Source: Balanoglossus misakiensis (lineage: Eukaryota > Animalia > Hemichordata). Taken from it: DNA of 64,000 nt. Location: contig CM082597.2 of the NCBI GenBank assembly GCA_040954595.2, positions 2,478,449 through 2,542,448 of the forward strand. Direction: 5' to 3'. Of this stretch, positions 42,073-52,100 are shown in pieces (the first letter of the stretch is position 1; each line of letters opens with the position of its first letter). A model generated the notes under the pieces. It ran no database searches. It had not been told where the DNA came from and saw only the letters and a list, made by a program, of their open reading frames with translations. Both the position numbers and the translations under genes were made by a program.

Positions 42073-43104
42073 CTAGCTATTGTTGCCATTCCCTTTTATA
42101 TTGAAATATGAGGCTGATATAGCAACTATGCAAGAACTCAGGATGATAAAGCTGGCACCAAGGATGTCGTAGAGGTTCAGTATATAACCAAAGAACAAAT
42201 AGTCAGCTGCATAAGCGATGACAATCTGGATATTGACAAGCAGCACGACTGTCGTAGGAGGCTCTATCTGCAGGCTACGAAAGCGACACAGAAAGTTCAG
42301 ACAGAAGGAGACGATCAAGCCGGTTAGCAGTCCGAAGGCTGCGCCAGATAACTGCCAACGCGGCGTGCCTACGGTGAAAGTCAGGACGAGGCTGATCAGC
42401 GATCCGATTGAGCTCTCGTAGAAGTTAATGACCAAAACGTTGACGCCATCGCCGATTGCTGACCCAGTGACGTAGGTGATTGAAAATCCAAACCCGCAGA
42501 TGACACTCAGCAGGTAGCCAAGCCAAGCGTAGTCGTCAGCAGCCTCGTCTGCTTTGCTGGTTGCACTGCCGAATATAGCCTCTGGCTGAGCGGTGAACAG
42601 AATACCCGCCAGGCAAAGAATCGTGCTCACAATGTGGATTTTCGTGAAGGGCTCCTTAAGAAAGATCCTTGCCAAAATCGGGGTGATGATGGGCATTGTA
42701 CCACGATAGATGGATGTGACGTTTCCAATTGGGATGTACACAAGAGCGAGAATCTGACACATGTCTGCAAGCGTGTAAATGATAGCAATCATTACCAGCA
42801 ACAAACGCTCTCTGAATGTCTCGGCCAAAATGGCCTTGGGTCCAAACAAACACAGGATAAATGGAGTCACACAAATAAAACTTCCTCCATACATTAACAG
42901 CAGCAGTTGATACGGCGACAGGTGCAGGTTTTCCAAGAAAACAGTGAAGGTGTTATTAAGGGCAGAGAAAACTCCTGCCAAGAGGGCGAGACACACACCC
43001 TTAACGGATTGGAAAATGTGGCCCTTAGTTGTATCTGCACCATTTTCGTTGTCTTCGGATTTGCCGTTGATGAGAAGATCGAGTTCCGTACCATTTCTTG
43101 CCAT
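42073..43104 (-). CDS. SLC35G-like / EamA (DMT superfamily) transporter, about 343 aa, intronless
   Basis: About 10 hydrophobic segments in two EamA-like halves. Motifs GVCLALLAG, ALVYIPIGNVTSIY..PIITPILARIFLKEPF, AQPEAIFG, RSLQIEP...QIVIAYAADYLFFG...DILGASFII. The first ATG is at 43104 (MARNG). Confidence 0.88.
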   Translation of the reverse strand: MARNGTELDLLINGKSEDNENGADTTKGHIFQSVKGVCLALLAGVFSALNNTFTVFLENLHLSPYQLLLLMYGGSFICVTPFILCLFGPKAILAETFRERLLLVMIAIIYTLADMCQILALVYIPIGNVTSIYRGTMPIITPILARIFLKEPFTKIHIVSTILCLAGILFTAQPEAIFGSATSKADEAADDYAWLGYLLSVICGFGFSITYVTGSAIGDGVNVLVINFYESSIGSLISLVLTFTVGTPRWQLSGAAFGLLTGLIVSFCLNFLCRFRSLQIEPPTTVVLLVNIQIVIAYAADYLFFGYILNLYDILGASFIILSSCIVAISASYFNIKGNGNNS

Positions 43105-44267
43105 TTTGTGATTTCTTAGTACAACACACTGATGTCTTCTATAGCTAATACAAGTTTCCTGGGTCAATCTTCAAATTATGATGCGAGTATATGCCGATAA
43201 ACTTGATTGTCGGACGAAAACCATTACACTCCTTTCAGTTGCAGATATCTCCCTATAGGCTTAGTTTTCGGTTACTGATCCTAAGGCCAATTTGACTTTC
43301 TATCTGTCGTCTCCAAATTACTTTTTGCAGAATCCGTTTCAGCAGAAGACAATCACTATCACGCCGGCATATAATCTCAGACTGCTTGCGTTGAAGACAA
43401 ACCTGTTGTGCGCTGGTCAACAAAGCAACATTGATGTCAGGTACGTTGTTAATTATGCGAGTCTGCCGTCGATAAATGATTCTGAATACGTAACAGACAT
43501 ACAGTAAATTCCTGCATTAAAGCGCCATTTCATAACCATTTCATATTTTAGCGGCGCTAAACAAAGGCAGAAAAATCTGTGACGCTTATTCATTGATACT
43601 GGACCCAGTTGATTCATATGCAAATGACTTTGGGACGTTCCAATCAGTGTTCTCGTAAGGGCGTGTCCAGACGTGTCCGCAGTGAATGAATGGCTCGACG
43701 GTTTCAAATGCATTTGTAAAGTTTTAACATTTTCTATTCAAATACAGTCAGTTCAATGTATTATCTAATCAATATTCCAGAAATAAAAAGTTGTCAACGA
43801 AGTGAATACTACGAGCAGCATTACAGTATGCTTGCTGAACTATCAACAAAATCTACTGACGTATAATGGTTTAGTGCAAGTGCGCCTTTGTCATGCTCTC
43901 ACACATGTAAGGCCATTTTTACAGAAGTTCCTGGTACCCTCAACCAGGAGAGAAGGTCGAAGGTCCTATGTTCTCACTCTACGTTTATGCAAATCACAAT
44001 GACTTGACAATTCTACACAATAGTTCATCAAGCTACATGTACCAGCAAGTCTGCATCCACGGACATACAAATTATTTTGTATTGAAATTTATGAATAAAT
44101 TGTTTGTTTTAGATACAATGTTCACAATTCTTGCATATGCTGTTTCTATATTATTTTTGGATCTAATATTCCTGCATTTCACTTTACTTACGCGACAAGT
44201 ACCTCATTTGCTTATCTTAAAAGGTACTGATAGAAATGATTAACTTTTTATCTCAGATTTCCCTCTT

Positions 44268-44297
44268 TTAATTAATTAATTAATTAATTAATTAATT
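44268..44297. repeat. (TTAA)n microsatellite
   Basis: About 7 perfect TTAA units. Confidence 0.9.
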
Positions 44298-44384
44298 GGT
44301 GGAAATGGATTGACCATAGTTTTTTTCATTAGTCTAGATCATCATGCTTATTCGGTACTATAGGCCACTGGCCTTAATGTACTA

Positions 44385-44588
44385 CTGGAAAACACTTTAT
44401 TTTCGCGAGCAATAAATTTTTGCGAAATTCGTGAGAGCCAAAATAGCGTGAAAATAAAAAGTCGTGTAATTTTTCTTGAAGATAATGCAGTGAATGAAAT
44501 AAGAGAACACGACAATTAATACACGCAAAACTGTGGTCTCTCTCGATATCGTGAAAATTTCAACTCGCGAAAATAAAGTGTTTTACAA
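44385..44588. mobile_element. MITE with TA target site (Tc1/mariner-type); same family as 52879-53086
   Basis: TIRs CTG(G)AAAACACTTTATTTTCGCGAG...CTCGCGAAAATAAAGTGTTTTACAA, flanked by TA. Colinear with the copy at 52879. Confidence 0.85.
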
Positions 44589-44853
44589 TATTTCCATATC
44601 GAAAAAAAGTTACAGTCACATTAGTCTAGTTGAAAAACAAAGTCTAGACTACAGGTTGTTTTTCATTTTCACCTTGAGTGTGAAAAGCACTCAGAGAGTT
44701 ACCTTTGTACTGTGTTGGTTGTTCCTATGGTCTTCCGTGTAGCTCCATCTATCTTCATTCTTTACGGGCGTGGTGCTTTTGACCTACCTGATTGATCCTC
44801 TTCTGAACTCCCATGGACAACTCAGTCACACGTTCAGCTTGTCATTCGCAATT

Positions 44854-45029
44854 AAGTAAAACCCCAATTATCCGAACTCCAATTATCTGAATTGTTTGGT
44901 TATCCGAACTGCTGTCAAGTCCCCCAAACAGTTCTATTGTATACAAACGTTATCCGAATAACTGAACGGTCTGCATATCCGAACAAAATCAATGTCTCCC
45001 TGTCAGTTCGGATAATTCGAGTTTTACTG
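44854..45029. mobile_element. pogo/Tigger-like MITE
   Basis: TIRs AGTAAAACCCCAATTATCCGAACT...AGTTCGGATAATTCGAGTTTTACTG followed by TA. Internal TTATCCGAA subrepeats. Confidence 0.75.
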
Positions 45030-45076
45030 TAATGTAGCAACCCATTATCATAAGCACAAATTCATGATGCTTGAGA

Positions 45077-45082
45077 TTTATT
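45077..45082 (-). promoter_or_regulatory. Candidate polyadenylation signal of the large mosaic gene
   Basis: AATAAA on the minus strand about 240 nt after the TGA at 45320-45322. Confidence 0.45.
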
Positions 45083-45319
45083 GAATTGATCGAAGTACGA
45101 GAGAAAAATATTCACAATAACAACACCACCCCACCACCAAATAATTTTGTGCGACAGCAATGGAATTTCCAATTGCATCAATCAATAATCAAGTAGACAA
45201 GACCCCATAAAACCAAGAGGATGTGGACTTATCGCATTTCCTAACTGTCTTCATGTCGTTGGTCGTTGATCCAAAACCAAGTCTTCAGAGAGATTCCAGG
45301 TTGATTGTCGTGAAGGTTC

Positions 45320-48300
45320 TCAGAAACCCAGATCTGTCATATACTTAAGTCCTGTTAAAAAAGCAAAAGATAGTATTCAAAAAACAGAACAGTGGACTGT
45401 AATATGATCTTCATCATTTGCAGTAGATACCCACAGAAGAAAAATGCTGGAAATATAATGAAAAGTTACAGCTAATTGAGCTTTAATGATAACTTCAGAG
45501 ATCGAAACATTTTCAAAGTCACAACTTGAAAGGAAAAAGGACACACCTGCTACTGCACTGAGGAAACCAGAACTGTAAATCCCAGCCTCATTCTGCAGCC
45601 AGTTTGTACGAACATCGTCATAGTTGTCCTTTTTGTCAGGCCCACCGACCAACGCTCCGTACAACGGTTCAGGGTTTGGCGCTGTAAAATGCAGAGTGGC
45701 CCAGTTGCACGGCTCGGGTAGGCTAGGACAGGAGCTATATTTCCATTTTTTAATAAGACAGGGAGAGGGAGATAGAGAAAAGAGAGGAGGGGAGATATAG
45801 AGGGGGAGAGAGAGATGAGAGAGAGGTAATAGAGTGAGATCCAATATGATGAGTGACAACTTTTCTGGTGTAAAACTCCATACAGTTTAATACTTTCATC
45901 CCATAAAGTTCCCTTGTCAGAGATCCAACATTATCATAGGAAAAAATGGGTTTGAACTGAACCATGGTGGTGAAAGGGTTAAAATAATCAAACCATAAGG
46001 CCATTATACATTTATGGTTCTGCTTACCAAGTCTTGGATACTAACGATGCAGACGTTTGTTCTCATTTAATACTTTAGAATTAACCTTACCTGCCCCTGT
46101 GATGTACTCGCTGAGGGGGATCTTTGCCAAACCCGGACACGTAGCTTCTACCACCATCGCCGAGGATATAGTGAATCTGGCTGCGTGCCCACTCGGTGTA
46201 GATCTCTGTGTTGATTCCATATTTTGCACAAACAGTAGCTAAGAAAGCTACGTTTGCTAAAGAGGAGATAATATAGATGGAATTAATTTTCGTTGCATTG
46301 GAAACTAACAAGAATACATATTATAGATGGAATTAATTTTCGTTGCATTGGAAACTAACAAGAATACATATACAGTCGAACCTGTCTATACTTGCCAGTA
46401 AAGGGACTTTCCTAAAGAGACAGAGTGGCCTTTATAGACAGGTGGCCTTTATATACAGGTCAATTAATGCACATTAATTTTGCACAGGACGTGTAACATA
46501 GTGGCCACCTGTATAAAGTGGCCACTTTATACAGGTGGCCACTAACATAGTTTTGACTGTATTTCATCTCAGAAAATCAACTCTTGGTATGCACAGTCAT
46601 ATTGAATATTGTCTGCATGATTCATATCAATCTGAGAGGCTTACACTTCTTACAATACAAGAGGCTAATTAATGGGATAATGAAAACACACCTGTATGTT
46701 TTAGAGGCTGGAACTGGTTCCTCCAGGCGAGTCCTTTAGGTGTGTAATAGGTTAAATCCCCAGGGAACCAGACATTGAAGAAACTAAAGACGGGTTCCAG
46801 GTAGGATTGGTTGTTGGTTGCCAAATACATTGTTATCTGGTATAACAAAAAGAAATTACAGACTTAACATTTATTTGTTGAGTGGGGCAAAGCAGTTATA
46901 GATTATGTATTAAAATCTTGCCAATAAATATTTAATTACAAAGCAATTCAAATCCAGACCTAAGTACATCAACACAGACGGACACATAAACATAAATAAT
47001 GTTTTCATTGCTCAACTGAGCAAAGGATGCTGAAATGGACAGGTTTGTCTCATGAACCGACCAAGATCCGTGCAGCAAGGGTAGTTCTAATGCATTCTGC
47101 CTTTACCTGCATCCCTGATGTAATTGTCGACCAGCTGAACTGAGTGTTTGTACGGTCCATACCAAAAGCGTCGTAATGATCCATAGCATCATCCAGGTAA
47201 TTCTGCTCGCCTGTAGCACGGTACATACACACTGCAGCATTCGTCAGCTCATCATAAAAAGAGGAACTCCTAAATTGTTTAAAGGGTATAGACAGTAAAA
47301 GAAACTTAAGGATATATAATTTTTTAAAAATGATTCCAGAAAAGTCTGTTTCTGCAGATGTCTAAAATGTTTGAGCATCAGAGCTTTAACAGAAATATAA
47401 TAAAATCGACCATCTCTTTTGATAAGATACTGTGTTTCTGTAATATTTTCAAGTAAGAATATCTTCTCAATATTTTTCCGAATATGAGTGGTTACAAATT
47501 CCTGGACATTCCAGGAGACTAAGAAACCCTCGCCGCAACTTGAAAGGACAGTGCAGAAACTGAACACTCACGTATAATGACCCGTGTAGACACTATCGGA
47601 CCATTTTCCGCGGTACACATTGGCAAAGTCGTACAACTCCCTTGCATGAGACAACAACAGAGCAGCATATGCTGGATCTATAAACATTGTACAGGAGAGA
47701 AGCAGATGAAGATTAAATAGAGGAAAAATAAAACTGTGTTTGACTTGTAAAATACTGAAAATAAATCACAGAATGAAACATCAACAACCAAAACTCAATT
47801 GTGTGTTGGTGACTTTGCAGCGCCTTTTTAATCAAAGGATCGCTGGATTTCTCTATATAAGTTTATTAATATTTTTTTTCCAAAGTATTCACTGAAATAA
47901 AGCTGCAATCCTTTATCTAGGAAGAGAAGGGTACGCTTGAGCGATTTGAGAGAGTCCAGTTCTTGGTACACTTCTCAGAAAAAAAAAATTTATGTTGATA
48001 ACTTACCAGTTTCTAGGAACACCATGTACGCCAACGCTAAAGATGCTGCAGCATTTCCAGCAATATCACTACCTGGATGTTCAGTATCGAGTAACAGTGC
48101 TGTACGGTTCATAGTCATCTGCTCCGGACGGCCCCAGTAACCGTGGTCTAGATCGGGATTGCCCACCTTAACAAAACACAATTGCAACAAATATGAGGCT
48201 TTAGTGAAATTTTGATCTTAATTTTGACAGAGCAAAAGCACACTAAAAACTCCGCAAAACAAACTTGTACTTGGAGATTTAAAACTTTCTTGTGCCATCT

Positions 48301-49173
48301 GATAACTCTTAGTAAACCAAATTTTTGCAAGTTGACCTATGTGATGTACCACTTCAAATACTAAAATGTCTAAAAAGCTGGTAAAACTTCTTTCGATGAT
48401 TAGCCCATTTAAATTGCTACAGATTACTTCTTTTAACTTTCCTGGGTGAAACTTTTCAGGAAGACTGATACCCTTTGGTTATGCCTCTTCTTACTTACCA
48501 TGGCATAAAATTCATTGGGCTGGGTGTGGCACTTCATAACGTAATCAAGACCCCATCTCACACAGTCGTACATGTAGTCAAGTTCCCAGGCATCTTCATA
48601 GGCATCTCTGAATTCATACAATCCCCATACTAGCTTCCACAGGTTATTGGTGAGAGTCATCGAAAATTTAACATGGTCACCAGCTGTAAAGAAGGGAACA
48701 GTTTCAATCTGGAAATTGTCATTTATGGAAATCTACCATGTCATAACTATTTCTATGTTTAAAGGGCCACAATCGTCTTATGCGCATGTGCCAAACCAGA
48801 GACTCTGGTTACAAAAATGGTATACAGATAAGACAAGTGTGCTGTCCTAACAACAGACAAGATATGGCCAAAGTCTGTGTTGGAGATCAGGAAATAAGAC
48901 AGCAAATTGGATGAAAAGGGACAAAACTAGTCTAGACAATCGTTGTCCTTTAAAAGGTAACCAATCAGATCATATCATGCAGGATGCATGTTAACTAAAA
49001 AATATATAACTCACCATCATACCACCCTCCAGTGAGGTCTTCGCCATGTAGCCCCATATCGTACAGGGCAGAGTCACCTCTCCAAGGTATTCTGTTATCA
49101 GGTGGTAGAATACCAGAACGCTGTGTTTCATAGAACAATATCATTTTATGGATGACTTCGGGATAATTGTATT
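45320..49173 (-). CDS. Glycoside hydrolase family 9 (endo-1,4-beta-glucanase/cellulase) domain, 9 exons
   Basis: YNYPEVIHKMILFYETQRSG..IPWRGDSAL..DLTGGWYD|AGDHVKF; DHGYWGRPEQM; PGSDIAGNAAASLA; YDEL; YTPKGLAW; QIHYILG..SYVSGFG..HHRGSSC; LYGALVGGPD..QNE. Catalytic DAGD and the C-terminal Glu are present. Confidence 0.95.
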
Positions 49174-52100
49174 CTGCAAGAAAAACATCAGGATATCTTA
49201 ATAAACCTGACTATGAGATCCTACAGGGCAGGATCAGTCGTATTGAAACTTACTGAACCTGTTAGCAACTTTCTTATCATGAATAGTGTCCTGGAAACTA
49301 CCATTTCCATCTGCACTGTAACATTTAGTCTGTATGCATTTTTAACAGAGGGTACTGACTTCTCATAAACTTTTCCGATTTGCATGAAAATCATTCTGTA
49401 GATATATATTCTTTCATGTCAGTTGTGAGACAAGCGATATATAATGGCATATATTTATATTAATTTAACTTGTGTGGAAGAATAAATGAAAATTGTAGTA
49501 CTTACTCTCACAGAATGTACCATACGACCCAGGCCAACAGATACACTCACAGACACCAGCACCATTATCCACCAAATCTCCCTGCCTGCACCACTTTTCT
49601 TCACTCCCCTTACAAGCTAAAGAAGAGTTTTATTAATAAGTTATCTGAAACTCACATTTCTCTTAGAAAGGGAAGTACAAAAATAGCATTGATACTTACA
49701 GAATTGGCAGACGACATATTTCTCTTCTGAACAATTCGACGATATCCAATTGTACGAATTAGCACCACTGTCAAAGAAAAAATTAAACATGGCTGTTAAG
49801 ATATTTTCACCATAGGAAAACTACAGCATAAGGAGTGCAAGAAAAGTTCCGACTCTGCATTTTCCAAAGCATTTCAGATCCGCCAACTGAAAAAGTAGCA
49901 TGGGAACACCATATTCTCTCTCTGTTTGTTAACATTCATTGATAAACAATTAATACATATAAAAATCAGGAAAATGACGATATTCTAATTTTTGAGTAGA
50001 CCACTACCTTAAACCATGACTTACTGTCTTTCTCATATAAATTGGTACTATTTCACCTATAGACACTGAAATACAGAAAGTTCCCTTTTGATTGAAGATC
50101 ATGGCTGTTTCTCTATTTTGCATATTTTATTACCTTGCTAATGTACACACTTGACCTTGCTTAGGTTCTGCCGGTGTCCACTTTGTAATGTGAGGTGCCT
50201 TGGAATGACTGTCCCTCCACACGTACATGACAAGTTCGAGGTCAATGTAGAAGTCCTCCAAGGGGTGTTCAGAGGACTGTAGGAACATTGTGAAGTTTGC
50301 GTATTTTGCTTCGTCCAGCGCACTTGGTAGGTTGCCGTTGCGTTCCTCGCAGTAACTTTTCGCGTCATAGTAGTTCATCTTGTGATCCGCCATGATATAT
50401 TTTGGGGGCAGTGCGTTGAGAAATTCTGTGGAAAAATCGAACATCATGTCACAATAAGTACGCAGAACACAACAGAAAAAAATTTGTTATGAAAATTAGT
50501 GGTGCAAGAACCACTTCACTGATGAGACCATTCATTGTTTTCAGAGCTGAAAGCTTTTCCGTATATTTTTAATGAGTGTTTGATCTCTTAAGTTCTCAGA
50601 AAATTTATGTCTATGCATACAGGGCATGAGAATATAATGATCATAACAGTGCCACTTTGAGATGTAAATAGATAGGCACTTCAATAGAACTCACCATCAC
50701 AAAATTCCCCCTTCCAGTCTTCAGCACATTCACAAGAACAAGTGTCTCCAGTTATGGTAATGTTGCCATGGATACACCAGGAATCATCATGGCAGCCTAG
50801 AAACAATCAGATATGTCAGATTATAATAAGAGACTCAGGTCACCTTTACCTGGGGGTGCCAGTGCTTTTGATTTAATTTTCGGACACATGATCTGATACA
50901 TACATATCATATATGGCTTGGCTACATTATGTCTCTAAAGTGAGAAAGAAATAAGAATGAGAATTATACTCACTGAACATGCAGATTGAAGAGGCACCAC
51001 CGTAGCAGTGATGGTCACTCCATTTGTAATTGTTCTTTCGACTAAAGGAGAATAGGAGGAGCGAAATAGATTTTGTTTATAAAACAAATCACTGAAGATA
51101 CAAGTACAAAATTGGTTTACTCTACTTCAGCTTATGCATGCTATCGAAGCATCGCAATGATGCATATTTTGAATTTTCTGACAAAAATATATATAAGTGA
51201 AGCGTCCTTATATGTACACTTTAGAGGGATTGCTACAATAAAAAATCTTGACTTTTTACCTCAACACGGCACACTCTTTATCATTATCATTCGGTTCGCT
51301 CTCCGCCCAGTCGAAAAACGTAATGGTTTCCTGGAAAAGAGTCAGCCATTCGTTGCTGTCTGAATTATTCCGACGGAACCCGAGGAAGAACTTGTCATGC
51401 GCAGGTCTTGCCTTGATCACATCGATCAGAGCCAAACGCGTTGCCTCGTTTGGTATATGGACGGGTTCCCCGTTCATATCTAAACAAACCCGAGTGGCTT
51501 CGTTCCAACTGAGATGTGATGAGTGGATGATCTTGTATTTTGCGGGTGATACCGGCTCTAAGGGAAAGATGATAAAACTTTAATTAAGTTATTACAAAAT
51601 GTCAATGTTTACAGTAAGCATAATCTGACAAGAATTGTCATGTAATATTGACATCGTAATCTTGTAAATGGTGTATAAGTTCTCAAACATTTCAAACATC
51701 TTGTTGATATTAGTTTTCGAGAAATACATAAAAGGGTTCACCTTCTTCACGCTTGGAAAGGCAACTCACGCCATCTTTACACACGCATTCATTTGCACTG
51801 CAGATCTTCATGAAAGAAATGGAGAAAAATTATTAATATGGAAGTGAAAGTTAAATAAATTCTCAACAAACTGTTTGGTAAAAACCCTAGCCAGCGAAAT
51901 TGTAAATCTTTGAAACAAAATAGAGTTTTATGTGTCGACTGCTTCAAACATTTCAAGTTCTATCCCCAATGACTTTTTACCACTCACCTTATTTTTACCA
52001 CAATGAATCTCACTCTTCTCAGGAATGGCACCATCTTCCTTCATACATCCTTTGCTTCCAGAGGCAATTTCCACGTATTCGCACCACAGTTCGCAGTCAC

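Noticed and set aside
45377-45859. 160-aa ORF as a stand-alone gene with a Leu/Ser-rich signal-like N-terminus
   Set aside because: It is GH9 exon 45547-45734 plus read-through of the CT-rich intron and the downstream intron.
45320-49173. Recent bacterial horizontal transfer or contamination for the cellulase
   Set aside because: The GH9 is split by 8 GT-AG introns and resembles endogenous animal GH9s, which are established as ancient in Metazoa.
49174-49505. Separate promoter or signal-peptide exon making GH9 an independent gene
   Set aside because: The gap is only 332 nt, I saw no signal-peptide exon, and the upstream EGF exon ends in a strong in-phase GTAAGT donor with no stop. Not formally excluded without transcripts.
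50025-50065. Extra exon (tttcag...gtaagt) in the CTL2 intron
   Set aside because: It introduces a TGA in the required phase, and exon 49700-49767 completes the CTL in frame without it.
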